The position numbers and the translations under genes are program-made. A stretch of DNA of 63,990 bases, filler included, from an uncultured bacterium (GTDB lineage Bacteria > CAYJOG01): the NCBI GenBank assembly GCA_964371695.1. It is 5 parts of 5 records of this genome, joined end to end, with 100 filler letters (N's around TTAATTAATTAA, not from the genome) between each part and the next. Parts side by side here need not be neighbours in the genome. Positions count along the whole stretch, not along the records: positions 44,168 to 58,260 come from CAYJOG010000024.1; positions 58,361 to 63,990 come from CAYJOG010000207.1; 3 more parts are not named here. One strand, 5' to 3'. This document shows, piece after piece, positions 50,666 through 61,300 of this stretch (its first letter is position 1; every line of letters begins with the position of its first letter). Below the pieces are notes generated by a model. The model ran no database searches, had not been told where the DNA came from, and saw only the letters and a list, made by a program, of their open reading frames with translations.

Positions 50666-52012
50666 ATGCCCCACAGCGCCTCAACGAAGAGTGTGTCTGC
50701 CCACAAAATCGCAACGCGGGAAGAGGCCATGGACCCAAGACCAGTGTCAGCCGAAAAAAAAGCCACCCCCTCCCGCAAAAAACAAACCACCCCCAAAGAG
50801 GAAAACCCCACCCCCGCCCCCCCGGTGGGCGTGAGGGCCTTTTCTCCGGTCACCCCCTGGCACAAGCGGCCCTGTGACGTGCTGCTGTTTGGCCCCACCG
50901 GTTTTACGGGGGCCAAGGTGCTGGAGCGCCTGGGGCGCATGGATCTGGCGGTGGGTGTGGCGGGGCGCGACGCCGAGGTGCTGAGCAGCTTGGTAGAAAA
51001 ACACGGCAACGTGCAACTGGCCCTGCTGGCCGACGTGAACGACCACGACAGCATGGTGAAGGCGTTCAAAGAGGCGCGGGTGGTCATCAACTGTGTGGGG
51101 CCTTTTCTGGATCACGGACACGCCGCCGTGGCCGCCGCCATCGAAGCCCGAAGCTGGATCATGGACCCCAGCGGCGAGCAGGCGTGGAGCAACCAGATCT
51201 GCCGCCGCCACCGCGAAATTTCTGAAGCGGGCATTGTGGTGGTCACGGGTCTGGCGGCCATGCCGGGCCTGGGCGACCTCGCGATTTACATGCTCACCCC
51301 TGCCTTTGAAGAAATCCACACCATTCACGTGGGATACATCATGTCCGGCACGACTCCGGCCAAGGGCACGCTGCAGGCCATCGCCCGATATCTGGGCGAG
51401 CCGGGCATGGTGTATGAAGGCGGTTTCTGGCGCGTTGCGCGTTTGGGAGAACTGACCCACACCTTCCGGCGGCAAAAAGAAAAACTCAACGGCCTGAGTT
51501 ATCCGGCGGGTGAGGCCATACTCGCGCCCCGCCACATGGAAGTAGAGAACGTGTTCGGTTACGTGATTCCCCAGGTTCCGGGGGCCATGCTGCTCAAACA
51601 CAGCCTGCCCCAGCTCATGCGGCTGATGACGCCCGAAGTGGGTAAAACCCTGAGCGACCTCATGGGCCGCCTGCCCGAAGGCCTGTTCCACCCCGAAGAA
51701 CACCACAACCATTGCGCCACGCTGTTGGACGTGGAAGGTTCGCTGGGCGGCGAGTCATTCAACCTCAAGGCGGCCATCAGCGCCGAAGACACCTATGACA
51801 CCACCGCCGACCTGCTGGCCTATGGCGCCTATTTTCTGGTGTTTTCGCCCCCCAAAAGCCGGGGAGTGCTCTCACCCGCCCAGGCCTTTGACGGTTTCCG
51901 CCTCATCAACAGCTTGGCCACCCGCGGCGTGAGCATTGACGGTGCGCTGGATGAAGTGCTGCAGGGCTTCCCCACCAAACCGGTGTTGCAGGTGACGGCG
52001 GGGAAAGTGTAA
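50666..52012 (+). CDS. saccharopine dehydrogenase-like NAD(P)-binding oxidoreductase
   Basis: LFGPTGFTG, VAGRD, VINCVGPF, D.SGE, GVLSPAQAF. Confidence 0.85.
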   Translation: MPHSASTKSVSAHKIATREEAMDPRPVSAEKKATPSRKKQTTPKEENPTPAPPVGVRAFSPVTPWHKRPCDVLLFGPTGFTGAKVLERLGRMDLAVGVAGRDAEVLSSLVEKHGNVQLALLADVNDHDSMVKAFKEARVVINCVGPFLDHGHAAVAAAIEARSWIMDPSGEQAWSNQICRRHREISEAGIVVVTGLAAMPGLGDLAIYMLTPAFEEIHTIHVGYIMSGTTPAKGTLQAIARYLGEPGMVYEGGFWRVARLGELTHTFRRQKEKLNGLSYPAGEAILAPRHMEVENVFGYVIPQVPGAMLLKHSLPQLMRLMTPEVGKTLSDLMGRLPEGLFHPEEHHNHCATLLDVEGSLGGESFNLKAAISAEDTYDTTADLLAYGAYFLVFSPPKSRGVLSPAQAFDGFRLINSLATRGVSIDGALDEVLQGFPTKPVLQVTAGKV

Positions 52013-52052
52013 AAACCCGGCGGGCTGGTTCCGATACCATGGGCGGCAGCCC

Positions 52053-54278
52053 ATGTCCTTTCAAACCCTTCGTAACTGGCTGGTCGCCCAACCCTGGCGG
52101 TGGATGGCGTTGGGGTATCTGTTGCTGTGGCTCCTGCTGCATCCGGCGCTGCTGGTGGGCCATTTTTATATGCGCAACGACGCACTGGGCTACACCCATC
52201 CATTTGGGGCGTTTTATCGGGACCAGTTGATGCAGGGACATCTGCTGCAGTGGAACCCAACCATCCTGGGGGGGTATCCCACTTTCTATGACATGCCCAC
52301 GCTTCTGTTTTACCCCGTGCGGCTGTTGCTGATCTGGCTGCCCTTTCACTGGACCATGACGGTGAGTCTTGTTTTTCATGGTGTGTGGCTGGCGCTGGGC
52401 GTGGCGCTGTATCTGGGCCAAAGGGGTGTCCCCCCCCTGCCTCGCTGGCTGGCCGGGTGGTGGGTGCTGGTGTGCGGCGTTACAGCCGGAAGCCTCTACA
52501 GCGGACACCAGGTGTTTCTGGAAGCGGGGGCGTGGGTGGGCTGGATTCTGCTGGCCTGGGAAGGCTGGCGACGTACCACCAACCCCCGTTATGTGGCGGG
52601 CATGGCCTTTTGCCTGGCGGCCAGTTTTTTGTGCGGGCATTTCCAGATCACGCTTTACATCACCTATTTTTTTGTGCTGGTGGCCGTCGCCGACTGGCTG
52701 ACTGGCCGCATCCGTTTTGGCCGCGCCCTGCTGGGTGGGGCGGGGGCCTTTGTGCTCATGGCGCTGCTGCTGGGGTTCTTTCTTTTGCCCATGAGTGTCT
52801 ATTCCCCCCTGGCTTCACGCAATTTCGCCCCCCCGGCTTTCAACGTGCTCAACTCCCTTCCCCCGCCTGCGCTGGCGGGGGCGCTGTGGCCCTATGCCTA
52901 TGTCGTGCCCCAAGCCGAAACAGGGTTTTCCGGTTTTACGCCTGAGATTTTTTATTTGGCGCTGCCCACCAGTGCGCTTGTCATTGTGCTGATGTCGCCC
53001 AAAAAAAGCTGGGGCCTGCTGCTGTTGGCGGCGGTCACTGCTCTGCTGGCCCTGGGGGGATTTCTGCCCGGTTATCTGACGCTGATAAAAGTGATTCCTG
53101 GTCTTTCGTCGCTGCGCACCCCGCCGCGCATTTTTTTCATCACCGCCCTGTGCGTGGCCATGGCCGCCGGCTGGGCTTTGCCCTGGCTGCCCCCAAAACG
53201 CTGGCGCTGGTGGGGATGGCTGGGTCTGGCTGCGGCCCTGGCGGGGTTTGGGTTTTATGCTCTTTCACAAGGTTTTCCCGCCGGGGCGGCAGCGGCGGCA
53301 AGCCGGTTTCTCATGGTCAAAATGGAGGGGCAGGGCCCGGCGGGACTGGCCCGCGTGCGGCTTTACCTGGCCTGGAACGGTTATGGCGGTCTGGCCATTG
53401 GTGGAGCCATGCTGGCGGGCTGGTGGGCGGGCCGCCGGTTTCAGCCCCTGCACGGCGTGCTGCTCACTGCCCTGCTGGAAGGCTTCCTGTTCATCCTGCC
53501 GCTTCATGTGAACACGCCGCTCAACATTGTGCGGGCCCCCGGACAGGCGCCCCCCAGCGGAGGATTCACGGGCCTCAGCAACTCTCCGGTGCAGGATGGC
53601 CCCAGTATTTACACCCTGTTGCAACAGGGCATCTATACCCCCGGCGGCTATTTTCCCATGACCTTCCAGACCCATCTTCAGGCGCTCAATCGCCTGCTTG
53701 GCAAACAGACGTTCAAACAGGCCCCTGGCGCCAACATGATTCTGATCACCGAATATGACCAGGACGCGCTGGATTTTCTGGGGGTGCGCTGGTGGCACCG
53801 GGGAAAACTCGCTCCCGGCGAGGGCTGGCATGAAAACCGCTCTCACTTTGGCAGAGCCTGGCTGGTGCGGCAAAAACCCGCTGAGACATGGCCCATTCCC
53901 CGGCAGATCCGGTTCATCCGCCAAAACCGCACGGGCCGCCTGGGTGGTGGTTATCACCACCCCAATGCCATGATTTTCAGGGCAGACTGCGGCCCAGACC
54001 CCTGCGTGCTCATGACCAACCACGGCGACGCTCCCGGCTGGTCATTCCGGGTGAATACCAAACCGGTGAAACACGGGCGTTATCTGGGACATTTCATCAC
54101 GCTGAAACTTCCCGCCGGCAAAAGCACGGTGAGGGGAGATTTCCGCATTGAGAAACTGCCGTTGGGCATTGCCGTAAGCGCTTTGGGCTGGCTGGTGTTG
54201 CTGGGGCTGCTGCTGGCGGGCAGAGATTCTCCCACGCCCGGAGTGCTCCAGGGGGATGAAAATAAACATCCGGTATAA
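52053..54278 (+). CDS. YfhO-like polytopic membrane protein (probable GT-C glycosyltransferase)
   Basis: G....WNP....G.P..D....LFYP, GH.Q, LR.P.R, PGW...VN, C-terminal TM helix. Confidence 0.8.
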   Translation: MSFQTLRNWLVAQPWRWMALGYLLLWLLLHPALLVGHFYMRNDALGYTHPFGAFYRDQLMQGHLLQWNPTILGGYPTFYDMPTLLFYPVRLLLIWLPFHWTMTVSLVFHGVWLALGVALYLGQRGVPPLPRWLAGWWVLVCGVTAGSLYSGHQVFLEAGAWVGWILLAWEGWRRTTNPRYVAGMAFCLAASFLCGHFQITLYITYFFVLVAVADWLTGRIRFGRALLGGAGAFVLMALLLGFFLLPMSVYSPLASRNFAPPAFNVLNSLPPPALAGALWPYAYVVPQAETGFSGFTPEIFYLALPTSALVIVLMSPKKSWGLLLLAAVTALLALGGFLPGYLTLIKVIPGLSSLRTPPRIFFITALCVAMAAGWALPWLPPKRWRWWGWLGLAAALAGFGFYALSQGFPAGAAAAASRFLMVKMEGQGPAGLARVRLYLAWNGYGGLAIGGAMLAGWWAGRRFQPLHGVLLTALLEGFLFILPLHVNTPLNIVRAPGQAPPSGGFTGLSNSPVQDGPSIYTLLQQGIYTPGGYFPMTFQTHLQALNRLLGKQTFKQAPGANMILITEYDQDALDFLGVRWWHRGKLAPGEGWHENRSHFGRAWLVRQKPAETWPIPRQIRFIRQNRTGRLGGGYHHPNAMIFRADCGPDPCVLMTNHGDAPGWSFRVNTKPVKHGRYLGHFITLKLPAGKSTVRGDFRIEKLPLGIAVSALGWLVLLGLLLAGRDSPTPGVLQGDENKHPV

Positions 54279-54297
54279 TTTGACCGATAGAAACCCA

Positions 54298-55023
54298 ATG
54301 ACCTCCAACACCACCACCAGCAACCCCTTTGATCAGGATGTCCGGGACCGGGGCGGTTATCTGTATACAGACACCCAAAAACTGTCGGCGCGGGTGGCCA
54401 ACCGGCGCATCAGCGAGGCGTTATGGGACATGGTGGACCTGCGGGACAAACGGGTGCTGGACGTGTGCTGCGGCGACGGCGCCTATTCCCTGGAATGGTT
54501 TGAGCACGCCAGCCCGAAGGAAATGATTGGCCTGGACCTGGCCGCCGAGGCGGTGAAGGTGGCCAACGAACGGGCGACGGCCCATCAGCCCCGGCTGCGT
54601 TTTCAGGTGGGGGATGCCTGCCATCTGTCCGGCTTTGCCAATGACAGCTTTGACGTGGCGGTGTACCGGGGCGCGTTGCATCACCTGCCCGACCCCGCCG
54701 CTGCGGTGGCCGAAGGGGCGCGGGTGGCCCGGCAAGTGGTGATTCTGGAGCCAAACGGTCATTCCCCTGGTCTGAAGCTGCTGGAAAAAATCTCTCCCTA
54801 TCACCGCAGCCACGGCGAGCAGTCTTTTTCTCACCGCCTGTTGCGCACGTGGGTGCAGGACGCCGGGTTGCAGGTGCAGCGTCTGGAACTATTGGGTTTT
54901 GTGCCCATGTTCGCCAGCGACCCGCTGGTGGGCCTCCTCAAGGCCATGGAGCCTGTGGTGGAACACACCCCCCTGCTCAATCACCTGCTGTGCGCGCAGG
55001 TTTGCCTGCTGGCAGGCAGGTGA
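54298..55023 (+). CDS. class I SAM-dependent methyltransferase
   Basis: VLDVCCGDG, GDA..L.F...SFD, LHHLPDP. Confidence 0.9.
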   Translation: MTSNTTTSNPFDQDVRDRGGYLYTDTQKLSARVANRRISEALWDMVDLRDKRVLDVCCGDGAYSLEWFEHASPKEMIGLDLAAEAVKVANERATAHQPRLRFQVGDACHLSGFANDSFDVAVYRGALHHLPDPAAAVAEGARVARQVVILEPNGHSPGLKLLEKISPYHRSHGEQSFSHRLLRTWVQDAGLQVQRLELLGFVPMFASDPLVGLLKAMEPVVEHTPLLNHLLCAQVCLLAGR

Positions 55024-55952
55024 TGAAATCCGCCGTGTCTTCCCCCGCCGCCACCTTGCCCGCCCTGCGTCCCACGGCCTGTCCGGTGGGTTGTCCGGCA
55101 GGGCGGGACGAAGAACTTTACCCGGCCAACTTTTTTGCCGAAGACCTCACCGCCGACCTTTTCTCGGCCCGGCGTCGGCCTGATCGCATTCACTACCGCA
55201 TGGTGCGCTGCGGCCACTGTGGCCTGGTGCGGTCAGACCCCATCCTGAGCGAAGAACTCATCGCCCGGCTCTATGCCCAGAGCCATTTCACCTATCAGGA
55301 CACCGCCCGTTACACCGCCAGCGATTACCGGCGTTATCTGCTGCGGCACGTGCCCGCCAGGGGGCGTCTGCTGGAGATTGGTTGCGGCAACGGGTTTTTT
55401 CTGGAGCACTGCCTGAAGGACGGATTTGAGGCCGTGGCGGGTGTGGAACCCAGCGAAGAGGCCGTGGCGCTGGCCCCCCCCGCTGTGCGCCCCTTCCTTC
55501 AAACGGGCCTGTTTTCTCCAGATCTGTTTGAGGCGCATTCCTTTGACGCCGTGGCGGGTTTTCAGGTGCTGGACCATTTCACCGACCCCGCAGGCGTGCT
55601 GGAAGGTTGCCGACAGGTGCTCAAACCCGGCGGCCACGCCTTGTTCATTTGCCACAATCTGAGTGCCGCACCGGGGCGGTGGCTGGGAGAACGCAACCCC
55701 ATGGTGGACATCGAGCACATCCACCTGTTCGACCCAAAAACCATCGCCCGGCTGTTTGAGAAAAAAGGTTTTGTGGTGCAGCAGGTTTTTGCTGTGAGCA
55801 ATCAATATCCCCTGTCTTACTGGGCGCATCTGGCCCCCCTGCCCGGCGCGCTGAAGAAGTCGGCGGACACGGCCCTGCGGCTGAGCGGCCTGGGCCGCAT
55901 GGCGGTGCGGCTGCGCATGGGCAACCTGGGCATCCACGCGGTGTCGCCATGA
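55023..55952 (+). CDS. class I SAM-dependent methyltransferase with N-terminal Zn-binding Cys pairs
   Basis: CPVGC..CGHCGL, LLEIGCGNG, VLDH..DP, LKPGG. Confidence 0.9.
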   Translation: MKSAVSSPAATLPALRPTACPVGCPAGRDEELYPANFFAEDLTADLFSARRRPDRIHYRMVRCGHCGLVRSDPILSEELIARLYAQSHFTYQDTARYTASDYRRYLLRHVPARGRLLEIGCGNGFFLEHCLKDGFEAVAGVEPSEEAVALAPPAVRPFLQTGLFSPDLFEAHSFDAVAGFQVLDHFTDPAGVLEGCRQVLKPGGHALFICHNLSAAPGRWLGERNPMVDIEHIHLFDPKTIARLFEKKGFVVQQVFAVSNQYPLSYWAHLAPLPGALKKSADTALRLSGLGRMAVRLRMGNLGIHAVSP

Positions 55953-56923
55953 ACGAACGCAGCCTGTCGGTGATCATCGCCTGTTACATGGACGCAGGCA
56001 GCGTGAAAGCCATGCACGAGCGACTGAGCGCCGTGTTGCCCCAACTCACCCACCGCTACGAAATCATTTTCGTGAACGATTGCAGCCCCGACAACGCCCT
56101 GGAACTGCTGCGGGAAATCGCCGCCAGGGACCCCCATGTGACGGTGATTTCCCACTCGCGCAACTTCGGCTCACAAAACGCCTTTCTCAGCGGCATGCGG
56201 GTGAGTACAGGCGACGGCGTGGTGTTGATGGACGGTGACCTGCAGGACCCGCCAAGCCTGATTCCCCAGTTTTATGCCAAGTGGCTGGAGGGCCACGACG
56301 TGGTTTATGGCAACCGGGTCAAACGCAAGGAGACCCTGTTCCGTCAGGTGGCGTACAAACTGTTTTACCGCCTGTGGCGCAACCTGTCCTATGTCAAAGT
56401 GCCGCTGGACGCGGGGGATTTTTCGTTGCTGGATCGCCGCGTGGTGGAACACCTGCTGCAGTTCCCGGAACGGGATGTTTTTTTGCGGGGTCTCAGGGCC
56501 TTTGTGGGGTTTCGCCAAACGGGAGTGGATTATGTGCGTGACCCGCGATATGACGGGCGCAGCACCAATTCCTTCAAGGGCAACCTGCGCTGGGCGGCCA
56601 AGGCCATTGCGTCTTTTTCCTACAAGCCCCTGGAGTGGATTTCGGGTTTTGCGTTTCTCACCATGGGGCTTACGCTGGTCGTCATGGGCATTTATCTGGC
56701 CATCTACCTGGCCAATCCGTCAGCCCCCAGGGGCTTCATGACCATGCTCATGGGAATGCTGTTTCTGGGCAGCGTGCAACTGCTCAGCCTGGGCATTCTG
56801 GGCCGTTATCTCATGCATATTTTTGACGAAGTCAAAGGTCGCCCCCGTTACATCGTGGACCACATCATCAACGACCCCAGAAAAAAGTCCGGCGAAGAGC
56901 AAAACCCAGCCAAGGAAAACTGA
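55949..56923 (+). CDS. GT2 polyprenyl-phosphate glycosyltransferase (GtrB/ArnC-like)
   Basis: VND.S.D, SRNFG.Q.A, MDGDLQDPP, GDF.L.DR, two C-terminal TM helices, EVKGRP.Y. Confidence 0.92.
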   Translation: MNERSLSVIIACYMDAGSVKAMHERLSAVLPQLTHRYEIIFVNDCSPDNALELLREIAARDPHVTVISHSRNFGSQNAFLSGMRVSTGDGVVLMDGDLQDPPSLIPQFYAKWLEGHDVVYGNRVKRKETLFRQVAYKLFYRLWRNLSYVKVPLDAGDFSLLDRRVVEHLLQFPERDVFLRGLRAFVGFRQTGVDYVRDPRYDGRSTNSFKGNLRWAAKAIASFSYKPLEWISGFAFLTMGLTLVVMGIYLAIYLANPSAPRGFMTMLMGMLFLGSVQLLSLGILGRYLMHIFDEVKGRPRYIVDHIINDPRKKSGEEQNPAKEN

Positions 56924-56929
56924 GCCAAC

Positions 56930-58260
56930 TCAACGAATCCCAGCCAGGGCCTTTTGCTGCTCGCGCAGTTTTTCCACGTCGGCGCGGCGGGGGTGATCGG
57001 GATCCAGGCGCAGCACTTCGTTCCACAGTTCATAGGCCTCTCTAGGCCGGGGCACGGGGCGCGAATAAATCACCGCCAGATTCCAGATCACTTCCACGTC
57101 GTCCGGGTGGCGTTTGCGCAGACCCAGCAGGGCGCTTTCGGCGGCGGCGTAGTCTTTGGCGCGGATGGCCGCCAGCGCGTGATTCAGCCACATGTCGTCG
57201 GGTTTGGGATGCCGCCGGGCCGCCTCGGCGAAAAAAGTCATCGCCTCTTGATAGCGCCCGTTTTCATAGGCCATCACCCCCAGGCGGTCCACCACCAGCC
57301 AGGGGCGCACGCCGCCGTCATAGGCCATACGGTAATAACCCTCGGCTTTTTCCAGCCTGTTTTTTTTGTCATAGGCCGTCGCCAGACGCAACGCCGCCGA
57401 GGGGTTTTTCTGTTTGGCCAGCACCTTTTCTGCTTCGCCCAGGCGGTTTTGCGAAATCAGCAAGCGCACCATTTCACCGCCGCCACCCAGCAGACGGGGG
57501 TTCACCTTCAGGGCCGTTTCCAGCGAGGTGCGGGCCTCTTTGGCGTGGCCCAGCAGCGACAGAAAACGCCCCGCCACCGTCAGCACGCGCTGGTCGTCAG
57601 GCGCGACACGAATGGCCTTGCGCCACAGGGCGTGGGCGCGGTCTTTCTCTTCTCTGGCCTGGGCCTGCAACGCCTGCAACACCACAAAATGGCCCATGCC
57701 AGACCGCTCCACATAGGGCGGCGCTGCGCCGGGCCGCCGGGGGCCGGGGAAACGATAGTAGGGAAACATGTCCTCCCACTGAGGCCGTGTGCCCACGTTC
57801 ACCACTTCCATGAGCAGGCCCCTGGGCACCACCAGCCAGCCCAGGCCCTTGTATTGCATGGATTCTTCCGTCATGAAGTAATTCACCTTGGGGGGGTTGG
57901 AGCCGATGAGTTTTTTCTCGGTTTCAAAAATCCGTTTGAGCTGCGCACTGGGGGGAATGTCCCGGATGGCGTAGTCGGCCCGGCCAAAGTTGTCGCGGCG
58001 GTCCATGAACATCACGTCGCGGCGGCCATTCTGCGCCAGCAGGCCATAGACCATGGGAAACCCGATGAGGCTGTAATCCATGAACACCCGGCTGTCGTGA
58101 TCCGCCGTGCGCAGGATGTCTTCCACCATCAGTTCGGCCATGCGGTCCTCACTGTTGCGGTTGGGACCGATGCCCCACACCAGCGCTCCCACGGTGAGCA
58201 GGCCCATCAGCCCCCAACCCGTCACCCCCCTGAACAAACGGTGGACAAACGGCAGCGCCC
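56930..58260 (-). CDS. C-terminal part of a membrane protein with TPR repeats (DUF2723-like; partial)
   Basis: TM helix, then F...Y.......RRDV, P.GLL..V and multiple TPRs; 5' end lost at the contig edge. Confidence 0.7.
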
Positions 58261-58360
58261 NNNNNNNNNNNNNNNNNNNNNNNNNNNNNNNNNNNNNNNN
58301 NNNNTTAATTAATTAANNNNNNNNNNNNNNNNNNNNNNNNNNNNNNNNNNNNNNNNNNNN
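58261..58360. other. artificial contig linker
   Basis: N-TTAATTAATTAA-N. Confidence 0.98.
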
Positions 58361-61300
58361 CACACCCGTGTCCTGATACATGCTGAGCGGCATCAGCATC
58401 ACACCCACTTCATCAAAAACCCGTTTTTGCAGCACGGCCACCGCGCCGGTGTAAAGGCTGATGGCGGCGCGCCCCGGAATGGCCTCCTGTACGTCGGACT
58501 GATACCAGCCCCCTTGCAAATACACCGGATCCTGCACATTGGGAATGGCGCTGACCTCGTAGCTGTTGATGCTTTCAACGGGGGGAACAGAGCTGTCCAG
58601 CGCCCGCACCACAAAATAATAGGTCTGGAGGTTTTCCAGGTTGGTGACGGTGTAACTCTGGCCTGTGATGGGCGTGGCGTTGGCCAGGGTATAAGGCCCG
58701 CCGGGGGTGAGTGTGAAATAGATGTTGTAGCCCGACAGGTCGTTCAGCGGCAAACCATTTTCATCGGCGCTGGGGGCTTCCCAGGTGAGCTCCACGGCGG
58801 TGTCCTGCGGCGTGGCGAACAGAATTACCGGCGGGGCCGGAGCCGCGCCACGGGGCGTGGCCGTCACCTCGCTGCTGTTGTCGCTCTGATTCTGGGGAGT
58901 GTCACGGTCTTTGGCGCGCACCACAAAAAAGTAGGGCGTGTTGTTGATGAGACCAGAGAGCGTAAACGAGGTGGCAGCCAGTGTGCTGGTGTTGGCTTTT
59001 GTATAGGGGCCCCCGCTGGTGAGGCTCACATACACGTCATAACCTGCGAGATCCTGAATGGTAGTGCCATCGGTGTTGGTCACCACGGTTGACCAGCTCA
59101 GCAACACCAGGCCGTCACCGGCCAGGGCGTTCAGGTTCTGTGGCGGACTGGGCATATTGCCCAGAGGCGTGGCGGTGAGTTCCACCGAGTTTGCGCTCTG
59201 GGCTGGGGCGGGACTGTCGCTGTCCTGCGCCCGCACCACAAAGTAATAGGTCACCCCGTTGGTGAGACCCGACACCGTGGTGCCAGTCTGCGTGATGAGG
59301 GTGGGGTTGAACAGGCTGTATGGCCCCCCCGGCGTGGTGCCGAAATACACGTTGTAACCGGCGAGGTCCTGAATGGGCGTACCGTCGCTGTTGGTGGTCA
59401 CGGCGCTCCAACTCAGGGTCACCCGCTTGTCGCCAGAAAGCGCGGTGAAGTTCTGCGGCACGGCGGGGGGCTTGTTGGAGGGCAGGCCCGTGGCGATGTT
59501 GGACTTTTCCGATTCGTTGGCGGGGTTTTCGTTGTCCACCACCGTCACCTGAAAGAAATAGGGCACGGTGTTGAGCAGGTTGTTGACGGTGGCGGAGGTG
59601 GTGGTGGCGCTCACGTTGGTGGCGATGGTGTAAGGTCCGTTGGCGGTGGGGGCGAAATAAATGTTGTAGGAATCCAGGTCCGTCACCGGCGTGCCGTCGG
59701 TATTGAGGATGGGGGCCGACCAGGACAGGGTGACCTCTTTGTCGCCCGCCACAGCCGAAAGACCAGAGGGCGGGTTGGGTTTGTTGCCGGTGGAAAAGGC
59801 GAACACACGGCCCGCGTCTGAAGCCAGAACCAGGAAATTGCCGGTGATGGCGGGCGAAGACAGCACCCGTGCCTGCAGGCTGTCACGGAAAAGCTGAACG
59901 GTGATGTCATCGGCATCCAGCGCATAAAGGAAACTGTCATTGGCCCCGAAAAACACGATGTCGTTGGCGATGGCGGCGGTGCTGAGGATGGAATCGCCCA
60001 CCACAAAGCGCCCCACCTCTGCCCCCGTGTCTCCATTCACGGCATAAAAAATGCCGTCCCAACTGCCCACATAAACCACCCGGTTGCGCACCGACGGGCT
60101 GGCGGTGATCAACCCGCCGGTGGCGAACTGCCACAACGTGACGCCGTTGCTGAGGGACAGGGCAAAAAGCGCCCCCTGGTCGGTGCCCACATAAAGCCGG
60201 TCTCCATCAATGCTGGGGGTGCTGGTGATGTTGGCGTTCAGGCTGGGGCTGCTCCACAACAGTGCGCCATTGAGCGTGTTATAGGCGTTGACCCGTCCGC
60301 TGCTGCTGCCGATGTAAAGCAGCCCCTGACTCACCGCGCCACCGCCAATGATGGAGCCATTGACCTGGGCGGGAGCGGCCCAGCGGTTCTGGCCCGTGTT
60401 GATGTCCAGCGCATAGATAAAACCGGAGAAGTCGCCGGCGTAAACCGTGCTGCCATCCAGCACCAGGGGGCCAAACACCGGCCCGCCGGTGGACACCCGC
60501 CAAATCTGTGTGCCGTTGACCCGGTCCAGGCCATATACAAACCCGTCGGCGCTGGCGTACACCACCACGTCGTCTCCCACCACAGGTGCAGACTGGATGA
60601 TGCCGCCCGTCTTGAAGCGCCAGCGCTGCGCGCCGTTGCTCAGGTTCAGGGCATAGGCATAACTGTCTTCGCTGCCGGCGAACACCGTGTCTGCCGCAAT
60701 GGCCACGGGGCTGGACCCCACCACTGCGCCGGTCTGATATTGCCAGCGCGGCACCAGGGGGGGGGTGAGAATGGTGTTGATGAAGCCGGTCTTTTCGCTG
60801 GTGCAGCCAAACTGCCGCCAGACCACACACGCGCCGCCCGACGCAACACTGGGTGTGGCGGAAACTTCCAGCGAATCGGCGCTTTCATTACGGGGCGCTT
60901 TGTCGTCTACCGCCGTCACCACGAAGTAATAAGGCACACCATTGGTGAGCAGGCTCACGTTGTAGTTGGTGGCGGTGATGGGCGAGGGCGTGACCAGGGT
61001 ATAAGGCCCGCCCGGCGTAAGGGACTGGTAGACAAGAAATCCGGCCAGGTCCGAGAGCGGGGAACCGTCATCATTGGTGGCGGGGCTGTTCCAGGTCAGC
61101 AGCACTGCGCTGTCCTGCGGCGTGGCCAGCAGGCCGGTGGGGGCAGCCGGGGGCTTCGTGTCCACCACCGAAGACGGCGTGGCCTGGGCGATGCTTGAAA
61201 AGGCGCTCTCGTTGGGCGGCGTCTGCGTGTCAAAAGCCAGCACCTCATAAAAATAGGTGGTGTCTGCGGTCACGTTGGTGTCCACAAAAGTGCCGATGCC

